Shown one piece after another: positions 41,005 through 53,107 of a stretch of 64,000 nt of DNA. The notes beneath the pieces are model-generated. The model did no database searches and was not told the origin of the DNA. It saw only the letters and a program-made list of their open reading frames with translations. The DNA comes from an uncultured Phycisphaerales bacterium (GTDB taxonomy: Bacteria; Planctomycetota; Phycisphaerae; Tepidisphaerales; Tepidisphaeraceae): the NCBI GenBank assembly GCA_963844715.1, contig CAWJPJ010000005.1, forward strand, positions 32,001 through 96,000, given 5' to 3'. How positions within the stretch are numbered: position 1 is the stretch's first letter; each line of letters begins with the position of its first letter. The position numbers were made by a program, and so were the translations under genes.

Positions 41005-43888
41005 ATGACCGCCCAGGCCCCGCAAAAAAACAGTTACAAGGGGACCCTCAACCTCCCGCAGACTTCGTTCCCGATGGAGGCGAAGCTCACCACCAACGAG
41101 CCTCTGCGCCTGGCCGCCTGGACCGAAGGGCGGCTATACGAAAAACTCCTCATCCACCGTGCAAAATCCCCCAAATGGATCCTTCACGACGGCCCGCCGT
41201 TCGCCAACGGCGATATCCATATCGGGCATCTCATCAATAAAACGCTGAAGGACGTGATTCTGCGGTTCCGGACGATGCAGGGTTTTCAGACGCCTTACGT
41301 TCCGGGCTGGGACTGCCATGGATTGCCGATCGAGCACAAAATCCAGCAGGAATTGGGGCCGAAACTGCGGCAGATGGACGTCGTCGAAGTCCGCAAACTG
41401 TGCTATGCCTACGCGGAAAAATACGTGGGCATCCAGCGCGAGCAATTCCAACGCCTGGGCATCCTTGGCGAATGGAACAATCCTTACCTCACGATGAGCC
41501 CGGAATACGAGGCTCAAACGCTCGAAGTCTTCGCGCGCTTCGTCGAGGAGGGGCTGGTTTACAAGCAGCTCAAGCCGGTCCCCTGGTCGATCGAAAACCA
41601 GACGGCTTTGGCGGATGCGGAACTGGAATACGCCGATGTGAAGGACAAGAGCGTTTATGTCCTTTTCGAAATCGAAGACCCATCCATCCTTGGCTCATTG
41701 GTTCAGCTTGAGGAAGATGTGCCGCTCTGTTTGATGGTGTGGACGACGACGCCGTGGACGCTGCCGGCCAATTTGGCGGTGGCCGTAAATCCTGAATCGG
41801 ATTACGGGCTGTACACCATGACAGTGGGGGGAGAACGGGCGCGAGGTGACGGCGATCATCGCCCGCCAGCGGCCGCGGATGTTCTGGCTCTTGAATTGGG
41901 AAATCCGCCGAAGGTCCAGGCTTCCAGCATCTACTTCAAGGGGAGCGACCTTGCCGGCGTCACGTATCGGCATCCGTTTGTCGATCGGATCGGAAAAGTC
42001 GTGACGGCCGATTACGTCACCCTCGAAGACGGCACCGGTCTCGTCCATACCGCGCCCGGCCACGGCGAAGACGACTATGACACCGGCATCCGCGAAAAAC
42101 TCGAGGTCTATAGCCCCGTGCTCGCCAATGGGCGCTTCGACGACACCGTGCCAGAGTGGCTGCGCGGAAAATCCGTCTGGGAAGCCAATCCGCTCATCAC
42201 TGAGCATCTTCGCAAAGCCAAACTTCTTTATCACGAGCAGGAAATCACCCACAGCTATCCCCACGATTGGCGCAGCAAAAAGCCGATCATCTTCCGCGCG
42301 ACCGAGCAGTGGTTCATCGCGATCGAAAAGCCGTTCACGCCGGCCGGGGAAAACGACGCCCCCAGATCGCTGCGCCAGCGCTCTCTCGATTGTGCCATGA
42401 ACAAAATCGAATTCATTCCCAAGTGGGGGCAGGCGCGCCTCATCGGCATGCTCGAATCCCGCCCCGATTGGTGCGTTTCCCGCCAACGCGCTGGGGGCTG
42501 CCCATTCCCGTTTTCTATAACGAAAAGGGGGACGCGCTGCTCACGCCGGAATCTGTGCGCGCTGTCGCCAAAGTGCTCGCGGAAAAAGGCTCCAACGCGT
42601 GGTTCACCGTGCCTGCGTGGGAACTGCTCGGGAAGGATTTTAAATATCCGCCGGGGTTCTTCCCCGAGAATCTCCGCAAGGAAAAGGATATTTTCGACGT
42701 CTGGTTCGAAAGCGGCAGCAGTTGGCACGCCGTCTTGCAAAATCGGTCTTATCTGCATTTCCCCGCGGATTTGTATCTTGAAGGCTCGGATCAACATCGC
42801 GGCTGGTTCCAGCTCTCGCTGCTCCCTAGCCTCGGCGCCACCGGCAAGCCGCCATACAAGCAAGTCCTCACTCACGGGTTCGTCGTCAAGCCGGATGGCA
42901 CCAAGGTCAGCAAATCAGACAAGTCTTACGTGACGGCCACGGCCGAGGTGAACCGCCACGGGGCGGATGTCCTGCGGCTCTGGTGCTGCAGCGTCGATTA
43001 CCAGAACGACATCCCGGCCAGCCCCGATGCGATCAAGGAATTTTCCGACAAGTACCGCAAAATCCGCAACACGCTGCGGTATCTGCTGAGCAATCTTTAC
43101 GATTTCGATCCGCAGACGGACGAGCAGCCGATCCCGCAGGCGAGCCTCGACGGCTGGGCCATGCAGAACTGGATAACTTGATCGAGCAAACGACACGCGC
43201 ATACGACAAATATGAACTCCATCGCGCGTTTCGGCTGCTTCACGATTTCTGCGCCGTGCAGATCAGCGCCGTCTACGGCAACGCGATGAAGGACCGCCTT
43301 TATTGCGAATTGCCCAATTCGCCCTTGCGCCGACGCTGCCAGACCGTCATGTACAAAATGGCTTCGAGCCTGACGCGTCTGCTCGCCCCGATGCTGGTTT
43401 TCACGGCCGACGAAGTCTGGGAAAAAATCCCACACCGCTCCGGTGTCGATGCGTGCGTGCCCAGCGTCCATATGACAGATTTACCGACAAAATGCGGCCC
43501 AGAACCGAGCGATGCCGATCAAACGGCGTGGGACCTGCTCACTCGGGCCAGGGACCAGGCCACCGCGCAGCTCGACGCCCTGAAAAAATCCGTAGGCCTG
43601 AATAAGGCGCTGGATGCCGAGCTGATCTATCACGTCGACGACGCCACCCGCGCCAAACTGGAACCCTTCGGCCCCGATCTCGAAGACGTCGTCGGCGCAG
43701 GCTTCCACAGCTTTCAGGCAGAGCCCCCGAGCCAGTTCCGAGTCGAAGTGGTCGATCGCCGGCAAATGTATAAATCATGCGCGCGAAGCTGGAAGCGCCG
43801 GCCGGATGTGGGAAGCGATTCACAGTATCCCGATTTATCCGTGCGCGATGCGGCGGTTGTCAGGCGGTTAAATGAAAAAAAGAATTAG
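41005..43888 (+). CDS. ileS: Isoleucine--tRNA ligase (at least two frameshifts)
   Basis: DGPPFANG, HIGH, GWDCHGLPIE, WTTTPWT, DWCVSRQR, EGSDQHRGWF, KVSKS. Confidence 0.97.
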
Positions 43889-43982
43889 CACAGAGGACAC
43901 AGAGCACACAGAGAGCACAGAGGAAAAAATTCTTTGTACTTAACTCTGTGCCCTCTGTGTTCTCTCTGTGCTCTCTGTGTTC
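43888..43982. repeat. Palindromic element, family A
   Basis: gcacagaggacacagagcacacagagagcacagag ... ctctgtgccctctgtgttctctctgtgctctctgtg. Confidence 0.9.
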
Positions 43983-44010
43983 GCATTTAGTTTTTTGAGA
44001 GAGCCGAAAA

Positions 44011-44634
44011 TTGCCATCCGCGCCGATTCAACTTACAGTCCTCATCAGCGGCTCTGGCACGACGCTGCAAAATTTCATCGACTGCATCCATGCCGGGACT
44101 CTCAATGCCAGGATTAATCTAGTGATTGCGTCCAAACCGGGAATCGCGGGTATCGATCGCGCCAAATCGGCGGGGCTGCGCACGGAAATCGTTGAACGAA
44201 AGAAATTCGCCGGTGCGGCGGAATTCTCCGCTCGTATCTTCGAGCTTTGCGATGAATCGTGCGCCGATCTCGTGTGCTTGGCCGGTTGGCTTTGTCTCCT
44301 TCATCTCCCCGAGAAGTGGGGGGGGAAGGTGATGAACATTCACCCGGCGCTGCTCCCCTCCTTCGGCGGCCCGGGCCTTTACGGCCAGCGCGTCCATCAA
44401 GCCGTCCTTGACCATGGCGCAAAAGTCAGCGGGTGCACCGTCCATTTCGTCGACGCCACCTACGACACCGGGCCCGTCATTCTTCAGCGAACTTGCCCCG
44501 TTCTCGACAACGACACCCCAGAAACCCTCGCCCATCGCGTTTTCGAGGAGGAAAAAATCGCCTATCCGGAGGCAATTCGCCTCTATCAGACCGGCCGTCT
44601 GTCCCTCCGCGAAGGTCGAGTCTCTATCAAATAA
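44011..44634 (+). CDS. purN: Phosphoribosylglycinamide formyltransferase
   Basis: ISGSGT, NIHPALLP.FGG, SGCTVHFVD..YDTGP. Confidence 0.96.
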   Translation: MPSAPIQLTVLISGSGTTLQNFIDCIHAGTLNARINLVIASKPGIAGIDRAKSAGLRTEIVERKKFAGAAEFSARIFELCDESCADLVCLAGWLCLLHLPEKWGGKVMNIHPALLPSFGGPGLYGQRVHQAVLDHGAKVSGCTVHFVDATYDTGPVILQRTCPVLDNDTPETLAHRVFEEEKIAYPEAIRLYQTGRLSLREGRVSIK

Positions 44635-44759
44635 CTCTCTGCCAATACGTAACTTACGCTCAAATTTGAACCCATCGACCGTTTCCCCCATAATGGTCTC
44701 TCCCCGCGCCGGGTTTGGCCGGCGGGTTTTCTAACGAATATCAAATTAACGAGGCAGAA

Positions 44760-46033
44760 ATGAGCAGTTCACAACCGACCGTGTTGGGCTTAACGCCCAG
44801 CTTCGGATTTGGCGATCGTCTGGGTTTGGCAACTCCCGGACACGCCGCCGCGCTCAAGCGCACCGGGTCCGGAATCGCCCCCATCTTCGCCCAGCAATCC
44901 ATCCGCGAAATGGCTCGCACCAATCGTCAGCCCACGGAAGTGATGGCTGATGCGCTGGCCGGCGCCGCCGGGGCGGGTTTCACCGGCAAGCAAGGCGCGG
45001 ATGCCGATCATCTTAAGACCCCGAACGACGTCGATCGGACTTCCTCCGCCGGATTCGTTTTCTTCACGATCGATCCATCGGGAGAAGTTGACGCCGGCGC
45101 CGACGATTACAACTCCGATCAGCTCGCCGAGAAATTCAAAGCCGTCGCCGATCAGGTGAATTGGATTGGCACGTACGAGAACAAGAAAGTCAAACTAACC
45201 AGCGGCACGCAGATCGATTTTCCGCCGCGGTCTGCCGGCGCGCCGCCGTCAAGTACGGCAAGGCGATCAACATGGCGGTCAACCTCGGCAAGTACATCGC
45301 CCAGGTGCACCAGAAGCTCAACCGCGCTTTTGAGATCGAACTTAGCGTTGACGAAACGCCCAGGCCGACGACTCTTGCCGAGCATTACATCATCGCCGAC
45401 CAGTGCGCCCGCAACGGGCTCAAGCTCATCAGTCTCGCCCCGCGCTTCATCGGCGAATTCGAAAAAGGCGTCGATTACAAAGGCAACGTCGCCGAGCTGG
45501 AGAAATCCCTCAACGACCACGCCGCTATAGCCAAGCAACTCGGGCCGTACAAGCTGAGCCTCCACTCCGGCTCCGACAAACTCTCGATCTATCCCTCCCT
45601 GGCCCGGGCCACGAAGGGCTGTTTCCATGTAAAAACAGCCGGAACCAGCTATCTCGAAGCGCTTCGCGTTGTCGCCCAGGTTGATCCGGCTCTGTTCCGC
45701 GAGGTCGTGAATCTCTCGCGCAGCCGCTATGAAACCGACCGCGCGACCTATCACGTCTCGGCCACGCTGAATTCGGCCCCGGCCGCCGACGCCACGTCCG
45801 ACCCCATCGCCCTCGAAAAAGCCTACATCGGTCTCTGGAAAGACGTCCCCAAGGGCGCGGGCTTCACCGATCCCGGCCGGCAAATCGTTCACACGACTTT
45901 CGGCTCCGTACTCTGCGACGCCAATCTTGGCCCCAAGGTCAAGCAGTGCGTCAAGGCTCACCAGGCCCTCTACACCCAAATCCTGGAAGAGCATTTCGGC
46001 AGGCATCTCGACGCCCTCAAGGCGGGGATGTGA
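44760..46033 (+). CDS. uxaE: Tagaturonate/fructuronate epimerase (frameshift ~45225)
   Basis: GFGDRLGLATPGH, AQQSIRE, ADADHLK, ELSVDET, SLHSGSDK, HVKTAGTSYLEA. Confidence 0.9.
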
Positions 46034-46080
46034 TTTTTATTGTTCTTCAAAAAGCAATGAAGGAAATGAGGATTTAAATC

Positions 46081-47164
46081 ATGTTGAAGATTCGTGAAGC
46101 TAAAGACACCAAGTTCGATCTGGTCTCCCTCGGCGAAAGCATGGTGCGCCTCTCCCCGCCGGGGCATGGCCGCATCGAATTCTCCCCAACTCTGGAAGTT
46201 TGGGTCGGCGGCGGAGAATACAACGTCGCTTACGCGCTGGCTCGTCTGGGCCTGCGAACCGCGTTCGCCAGCCGGATCGTCGATAACCCCGTCGGCAAGA
46301 TCATTGTGAATCACGCCCGCTCCGTAGGTATGGACATCGGGCATCTCGCCATCGCCAAGTACGACGGCGTCGGCCGCGCCGACCGGATCGGGCTCAACTT
46401 CACCGAAGTCGGCACCTCCGTCCGCGCCAGCGTCACCATGTACGACCGCGGGCACTCCGCCGCCATGAACCTCAAGCCGGGCATGATCGACTTCAAGAAA
46501 CTCTTCAAGGAACAGGGCGGCCCGCTGGATGCACACCGGCGGCATCTTCACCAGCCTTTCCGACGGGACCGCCGCCGTGTGTAAAGAGGCGATTCTCGCC
46601 GCCAAGGAATCGGGAACCATCGTCAGCTACGATTTGAATTTCCGGTCCAAGCTGTGGAAAGCCGAAAAGGCCCAGCAGGTCACCAAGGAAATCGTCCCCC
46701 ATCTCGACTGCATCATCGGCAACGAGGAAGATTTCCAGAAAGTCCTCGGCTTCGAAGTCGAAGGCGTCGATGAAAATCTCTCCGCCCTCGATACCAGCGC
46801 CTATAAGAAAATGGTCGAAAAGGTCGTCAAGGCCTACCCCAACGTCAAAGTCGTAGGGACGACGCTTCGCGAGGTAAAGAGCGGCCTGATCAACAACTGG
46901 TCGGCCATCCTCTATGTCGACGGCAAGTTTTACGAAAGCCGCCGATATGACGGCCTGGAAATCGAAGACCGCGTCGGCGGGGGCGACGGTTTCTCCAGCG
47001 GTTTTGCCTACGGTTTCCTGACCGCCAAAACCCCGCAGGAATGCGTGGACCTCGGCGCCGCCCACGGCGCGCTTCTCCAGACCACTCGCGGCGACACCAG
47101 CCAGATCGACCTGGAAGAACTCAATCACGTCTTCAAAGGCGGCAGCGCTAGAATCAAACGGTAA
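46081..47164 (+). CDS. kdgK: 2-keto-3-deoxygluconate kinase (PfkB; frameshift ~46520)
   Basis: GGGEYNVA, SYDLNFR, GNEED, DRVGGGDGF. Confidence 0.85.
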
Positions 47165-47176
47165 AAACAAAATCAA

Positions 47177-47294
47177 AAATGCAACCGCGGAGACACGGAG
47201 ACGCAGAGGAAGACGCAGAGAATTAATGGATTAAAAAACAAAAACTTCTTCTCCGCGTCTGTCTCCGCGTCTCTGCGTCTCTGCGGTTGCATTT
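47177..47294. repeat. Palindromic element, family B (ACGCAGAG/ACGCGGAG units)
   Basis: aaatgcaaccgcggagacacggagacgcagag ... ctccgcgtctctgcgtctctgcggttgcattt. Confidence 0.9.
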
Positions 47295-47314
47295 AAAACT
47301 AAGCGAGAAAAAAT

Positions 47315-48286
47315 ATGCCAACGCGAATTTTGCTCACCACCACGAGTTTCCAGGACACGCCCGGCGCGCACCACGATGTGCTGAGTAAATCCGGCTTCGA
47401 AGTCGTCACCGCGCGTGGGCCGTTGAAAGAGAACGAGATGCTCGACCTCGTCAAGAAGGACGGCGGGTTCGACGGCTTCCTCAACGGCGATGATCACATC
47501 ACCGCCAAGGTCATCGACGCCTCTCTCCCGAGGCTCAAAGTCATCGCCAAGTACGGTATCGGGCTCGATTCGATTGACGTCAAATACGCGACAGCCAAGA
47601 ATCTCCCCGTACTCTTTACGCCCGGCGTCAATCACACGACCGTCGCCGAGCACACCTTCGGGCTGATGATCTGTCTGGTCAAAAACTTTTGGGTCTCCAT
47701 CAAGAGCGTCAAGGACGGCCAGTGGAAACGTCCGACCGGGCACGAACTTTTCGGGAAAACCATCGCCGTCATGGGCGTCGGTCGCATCGGCAGGGAAGTC
47801 ATCAAACGCGCCAGCGCCTTCGGCATGAAGAGCATGGGGTACGACAAGCATTGGGACGAAGGCTTCGCCCGGGAGTACGAAGTCACCCGCGCCGACACGA
47901 TGGATGACGCCTTCAGCGCCGCCGACATCATCTCCCTTCATATGGATCTCTCCCCCGAAACCCAGGGCCTGGTCAACAAGCAGCGCATCGCGCTGATGAA
48001 AAAAGGCGCGATTCTGATCAACACGGCCCGCGGGGGTCTGGTCGTTGAAAAAGACATCGCCGACGCCTGCCGGAGCGGACAACTCGGCGGCTACGGCGCT
48101 GACGTCCTCAACGTCGAGCCGATGGTAGCGCCGCATCCCTTCCAGGAGATCGACAACATCATTATCACCACGCACATCGGCAGCCGAACTTACGAAAGCG
48201 TGCAGCGGCAAGGTCTCCGCGCCGCCCACAACATCGTCAACTATCTGAATGGCGACTCCGATTTCATCCAGGCCAATAAGTTTTGA
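47315..48286 (+). CDS. D-2-hydroxyacid (phosphoglycerate-type) dehydrogenase
   Basis: GIGLDSID, VAEH, GVGRIG, INTARG, DV..EP, THIG. Confidence 0.9.
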   Translation: MPTRILLTTTSFQDTPGAHHDVLSKSGFEVVTARGPLKENEMLDLVKKDGGFDGFLNGDDHITAKVIDASLPRLKVIAKYGIGLDSIDVKYATAKNLPVLFTPGVNHTTVAEHTFGLMICLVKNFWVSIKSVKDGQWKRPTGHELFGKTIAVMGVGRIGREVIKRASAFGMKSMGYDKHWDEGFAREYEVTRADTMDDAFSAADIISLHMDLSPETQGLVNKQRIALMKKGAILINTARGGLVVEKDIADACRSGQLGGYGADVLNVEPMVAPHPFQEIDNIIITTHIGSRTYESVQRQGLRAAHNIVNYLNGDSDFIQANKF

Positions 48287-48308
48287 GCTATCATCCCGAA
48301 AGGCAACC

Positions 48309-49406
48309 ATGGCTACGCAATATGTAATGTCTCCCAAGGCCCACGACGACCTGGTTTCCGCGGCGTATCGCGCTCGCGGCTATCTCCCCGACGAAGCGGA
48401 TGCCGCCGCACGATTCAGCCGTCTGACGGCGCGGCACGGCATCAAGACTCACAACGCCATCAAGGCCCTGCATCTCGACGAGCACTTCGGCTCCAAAGCC
48501 GGCGGCTGCGTCCCGGGGGCTTCCATCGAAAAAATCCCATCCAAATACAAAGCCGTCGCCCGCTGGAACGCCAACAAGAAGCTCGGCCAGGCGGTCGCCT
48601 ATGCCGCGATGTCCGAGGCGATGAAGCTGGCCGATGAATTCGGCGTCGGCGTCGTCTCCGTTGACAACGCGTTTCACTATCTCTGGGGCGGCGGATACGT
48701 GATCGAAGCCGCTCAAAAGGGGTACATCGCCTACACCTGCTGCACCGCGGCTTTGGCGGAGGTTGTCCCCTTCGGCGGAAAATTCCCGACGCTCGGCACT
48801 AATCCCCATTCCTGGGCCTTCCCCACGACCGAAGCCATCGGCTTCCCCATCTGCATCGACTGGGCGACCAGCGTTGTCGCCATGGGCCGCGTTCAGCAAT
48901 TCATCCGCGAAGGAAAAATGCTCCCGCCGGGCTGCGGCGTCGATAAGGACGGCAACGAAACCACCGACCCGAAAAAGGTCGTCGCTCTGCTTCCCTTCGG
49001 CCAGCACAAAGGTTACGGCCTTTCGCTCATCGACGAACTCATGGGCGCATTCGTCGGCGGGTCGCTCGCCACGCTCCGCAGTCGGTGGGACACCGGGCCC
49101 AAGGACGAGAAGCACACGCCCAATTTTTTCTTCCAGTGCATCCGCGCCGACGCCATCAGCGGCGAGGACTTCGCGCAAAAGCGAACGCAAACGCAAAACG
49201 TCAAGGCGGTGATCGCCGACATCCTCGGTCACGGCAACGAAAAATGCCTCCTGCCCGGGCAGCCCGAAGCGCAGGCGGCGGCTCTCAGCGACAAAATGGG
49301 CGGACTTCTCTTCACTGCCGCGGAGATAGACGCGTTTGAGCAAATTGCCGCCGAGGCCAAAGTGAAACTCGATCGATCCGCTCTTCGACCCGTGGAAGGA
49401 GTCTGA
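48309..49406 (+). CDS. Ldh_2 family (malate/L-lactate/ureidoglycolate-type) oxidoreductase
   Basis: HGIKTH, LGTNP, DWATS, LLPFGQHKGYGL. Confidence 0.88.
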   Translation: MATQYVMSPKAHDDLVSAAYRARGYLPDEADAAARFSRLTARHGIKTHNAIKALHLDEHFGSKAGGCVPGASIEKIPSKYKAVARWNANKKLGQAVAYAAMSEAMKLADEFGVGVVSVDNAFHYLWGGGYVIEAAQKGYIAYTCCTAALAEVVPFGGKFPTLGTNPHSWAFPTTEAIGFPICIDWATSVVAMGRVQQFIREGKMLPPGCGVDKDGNETTDPKKVVALLPFGQHKGYGLSLIDELMGAFVGGSLATLRSRWDTGPKDEKHTPNFFFQCIRADAISGEDFAQKRTQTQNVKAVIADILGHGNEKCLLPGQPEAQAAALSDKMGGLLFTAAEIDAFEQIAAEAKVKLDRSALRPVEGV

Positions 49407-49411
49407 ATCTA

Positions 49412-50189
49412 ATGTCTTACAAAGGTTTTGACGTCACCGGAAAAGTCTGCATCGTCACCGGCGGCACCAGCGGCCTGGGGAAATCCATCGCTCTTGGGCT
49501 CGCCCAATCCGGCGCGAAAGTGATCGCCGGTTCCTCCAGCGCCGGCAAAGTGGACGCGGTCAAGAAAGAACTCGGCGCCGGAAACGAGGCGATTCAGATC
49601 GACGTTTCCAGCGAGGCGTCGGTCGAGGCCGCGATGAAACACGCCGTCTCCAAATTCGGACGCCTCGACGCGGTCATTAATGCCGCCGGGGTCATCGGGC
49701 GGCAGCCTTCGATCGATCTCCCGGTCGCGGAATTCGAGCGCATCGTCAAAATCAATCTGACCGGCTCGTTCATCGTCGCCAAGCATGCCGCGCATCATGC
49801 GGGACCAGGCCCCCGGCACGCGCGGAGAGCGCGGCTCGATCGTCTTCATCGCCTCTCTGAACAGCTTTATTTCTCTCAGCGAAGTGCTCGCATATGCGTG
49901 CAGCAAATCGGGCGTTCTCGGGCTTGTCCGCGGACTCTCTAACGAATCGGCGCCCCTGGGAATTCGCGTCAACGCGATCGCGCCGGGGATTTTCCCGACC
50001 GACCTCAACCGCCCATTGATCGAAAACACCCCGCGCGGCGATTGGCTCCGCAAGCATACGCCGGTCGGACGCTTTGGCGACGCCGAGGAACTTGTCGGCG
50101 CGGCCATCTATCTGGTCTCCCCCTCGGCGAGCTTCACCGCGGGTCAGACACTGATTGTGGACGGCGGATTTCTGGCCCGGGGCGTTTGA
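49412..50189 (+). CDS. SDR oxidoreductase, KduD/IdnO-like (frameshift ~49790)
   Basis: TGGTSGLG, NAAG, YACSK, VNAIAPG, VDGG. Confidence 0.88.
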
Positions 50190-51509
50190 TCGCGTCCCGC
50201 AATCGCGGCCACTGCAAACCGATCAAGAGCGCCGCCGCCGGTGTGATGTGCAGCAGCAGCCGGTCCTGCGTCACATTCATCAAGCCGCGGAAATCCCAGT
50301 TTGCCACGATCAAATAGGGCGGGAGATAAATCAGAAAGTGCGCCGTCAGCAGAATCCACACCAGCATCACGCCCCGATCCAAAAACCGCCGCCACCGCAA
50401 AATCGCGGCAATCGGCAGCAGATACCAGAACACGCTCCACAATTGCACGTCCAATGCCTTGGTCAGGAATCCCCAAAGCACGGGGCCGAGCCGCGAAAGA
50501 TTTCCCATCGCTTCCGAGAAATGCAGATGCCCCATGTAGTTCTCGTCGGTCCTGGGTATGGCTCGCGTGTATAAAAACCAGGGCAAATACGCCGCCGCGA
50601 CGACTACCCCAAACGATATCCAAGTCGCGGGCTTGCGCACCGAAAGCGCCGCGACGGCCAATACGTTCACAATCGCCAGCGGCAACCCCTCCTGTTTGCT
50701 CCACGCAAGAAGAATCGTGAACAGCGCCGTGAAAATCAGATCCGCCCGCCGGCGATCTTGCTGCCAATTCAGCAAACTCACCAGGCTGCATGCATAAAAC
50801 GCCGCCAGCGGTAAATCCGCGTCGCCCGTGCCGGCGAATTCGAGCATCTTGGGCGTGCAAAGCAGGAGCGTCGTCGCCGTGACCGCGGCGGTTCCCCCAT
50901 GCCTGCGGCGAATCGCCGCATAAACCACCGCCCCCAACCCCAGATAAAACAAAAGCTGCGGGGCCTTCTCCTTCTCATCGTCCAGGCTTCCCGCCATCGC
51001 GTGCTCGCCCGCCGAAATCATCGGCACCAAAACGGGATATTCCAGATGGCTGAAGCTCCGGCTCACGTCCGTGAAATATGCCGGCCGCGGGACCAAAGGC
51101 TCGTTTGTCAGCACCTTCGATTTCAACTGCCAGATCGCAAATGCGTCCCAATCCCCCGTCGGATACACGCACGTATCCACGGCCACGACAAATGTGCCGT
51201 ACGCCAGGGCGACAAAGCAAAAGATCAACCACCATTTCGGCGCTCGATCCTCGTCAATCGCCTTGGCCATCCGCAGTCGCCGACCCGGCGTCAGCGCCGC
51301 GACTGCCGCCACCCCGGTGATCCCAAAAATAATCGCCCGCGAAGGCTGCCACCCCATCATCGAAATCGCGATCAGCAACAGCCCCATCGCCCCCGTCCCC
51401 GCGCAAAGCGCCAGTCCAACTGCTTCGAATCGCGATCTTTCCCCCCGACTCGAACGACGATCGCCCAACCGACGACCAGCAGGCAGGCAAGATAGATCGC
51501 GCACCACAT
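50134..51509 (-). CDS. Multi-pass membrane protein, GT-C/ArnT-like (frameshift near 5' end)
   Basis: WDAFAIWQLKSK, HLEYP, ADLPLA, KQEG; many TMs. Confidence 0.65.
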
Positions 51510-51518
51510 GGATTTGTT

Positions 51519-52016
51519 CTATCGAGTTGTAGCCCGAACCGGCCGCCCCGGCTGGTAGACGAATTGCAACTGATGAAGCTCCCGATTCGGCAGGCAAAAA
51601 ATCGTCAATATGGTCGGCGTCTGATGCTCCTTCAGCCACTGGTCATCCGGGAGAAATTGGGCGTGGGAAATTTGCGGCGCGGTGTTGATCGGAGCGGACG
51701 GATCGCCCACCAGCACGCGCTGCGGATAGAGCACATAATTCGCGCGGAAATAAAAGTTCGTGGCGTAATCTCCGAACTTCTCGAATCCCACCAAATACAT
51801 AAACAGCCCGCCCCCGTTGGCGAATTTAACGAAGTAAGGATCGACGTCCTGCGTATATCGATTCAATCCGATCTGCTGCTCCCCGAGAATGAGCCGATTG
51901 TATACGTCCACCCAGACGGACCAACCGATCCCGAAAATCGCGGCGCCGATCATCAATTTCGCGATGACGCGCACTGCCGTGCTCCCGCCGTTGGAAGGTG
52001 TCGAGTCCGTCATCAT
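51519..52016 (-). CDS. Hypothetical membrane-anchored protein
   Basis: TM then RANYVLYP motif; overlaps YkgJ stop. Confidence 0.6.
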   Translation of the reverse strand: MMTDSTPSNGGSTAVRVIAKLMIGAAIFGIGWSVWVDVYNRLILGEQQIGLNRYTQDVDPYFVKFANGGGLFMYLVGFEKFGDYATNFYFRANYVLYPQRVLVGDPSAPINTAPQISHAQFLPDDQWLKEHQTPTILTIFCLPNRELHQLQFVYQPGRPVRATTR

Positions 52017-52510
52017 GAAATGGCCGAAATCTGGTCCCGCGCCGCCTCGATTTTTTCGCGCTCGTGCAAGGGTCCTCTGCCGATCCCCGGACATCTCTGT
52101 GCCGCCGCCTCCCACGCGGTGGGGCTGGAGAGAGTCGAATCCCAGAACGGCCAGGCCCGGCACTGTGCCGGCCGCGCCGAGTAAACCGAGCAGACGCGTC
52201 TTCCGTGCGCCACGCCGTCGCCCTTGGTTTCAGCCGGAATCTCCGTCAGGAAGACGCAGTCATATCCCCCATGCCGCGGATTGAAATTCTCCTTGAGGCT
52301 CCATCGCCCGCCCACCCGCCGGCAATATTTTTCGATCGTCTGATCGATCGGAAGCGTCAGCAGCTCCGCGAGCCGCCCGATCTCCTCATCGCTGATCCAG
52401 ACGAACCCCGGCCGTCCCGTGCAGCAATTTCCGCACTGCGTGCAGGAAAAGCGCAAGCCATCGGCGTACCAAGGCTCCGCCTGCCCGGTGTTCACAACCG
52501 TCAACTCCAT
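52013..52510 (-). CDS. YkgJ family cysteine-cluster protein
   Basis: FSCTQCGNCC, CVFL, CSVY.ARP.QCR.WPFW, CPG. Confidence 0.92.
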   Translation of the reverse strand: MELTVVNTGQAEPWYADGLRFSCTQCGNCCTGRPGFVWISDEEIGRLAELLTLPIDQTIEKYCRRVGGRWSLKENFNPRHGGYDCVFLTEIPAETKGDGVAHGRRVCSVYSARPAQCRAWPFWDSTLSSPTAWEAAAQRCPGIGRGPLHEREKIEAARDQISAIS

Positions 52511-52538
52511 GTAAGAAGGTGATACCGCCCCCGGCGGC

Positions 52539-52946
52539 TTAAGAAAAGAGCGTGCGCCAGGCCAGCAAGACAATCGCCCCCTGCACGATCCCAAACGTCA
52601 TCCAGCCGACGGGAATCCGCGATCGTCCGCGAACCATCGTTTTCACGTCGCCGGCGGGCGATTTATCGGACAAATGGTTCTGTACCGCCGCGATGATCAG
52701 ATTCGCTTCAAAACGCCCGATCCGGCGTCGCGCGGCTTGTCTCAATATATATAGCCTGTCGCTGAACGGCAGAGCCGGCCCGACCATTCGTGCCGCCACC
52801 AGGTCCGCCAAATCCCGCGCCGCCGCCGACCGGCACCCCAATATCGCCGATTCCGACCAATCCAACCGCTCGGGCATATCAGCGCGCGCCACATCCGAGA
52901 CCGGCTGGCGCAATCGTCGCCGAAAAACTCGAACCGTCTGCGGCAT
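52539..52946 (-). CDS. Hypothetical protein with C-terminal TM
   Basis: RFEANLIIAAVQ motif and terminal hydrophobic helix; start uncertain. Confidence 0.55.
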   Translation of the reverse strand: MPQTVRVFRRRLRQPVSDVARADMPERLDWSESAILGCRSAAARDLADLVAARMVGPALPFSDRLYILRQAARRRIGRFEANLIIAAVQNHLSDKSPAGDVKTMVRGRSRIPVGWMTFGIVQGAIVLLAWRTLFS

Positions 52947-53107
52947 AACCCCAGTCTACCCCATGCTTCCGGATCGACGCTCAACTACCTCTGTTTTCAA
53001 CACCCGCAAAACGCCAGGCACCGCGCTCTATAGCGACCATTCCATTTATCCGGGTGGAGAATCGTTTGATTAAACCGGTTAAACTTATCGCCCGCACGAC
53101 GCAACAC

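Noticed and set aside
20577..43888. Programmed frameshifting or pseudogenisation of rpoD, dnaG, ileS
   Set aside because: No consistent slippery motifs, and the breaks are spread over all gene classes, consistent with read errors.
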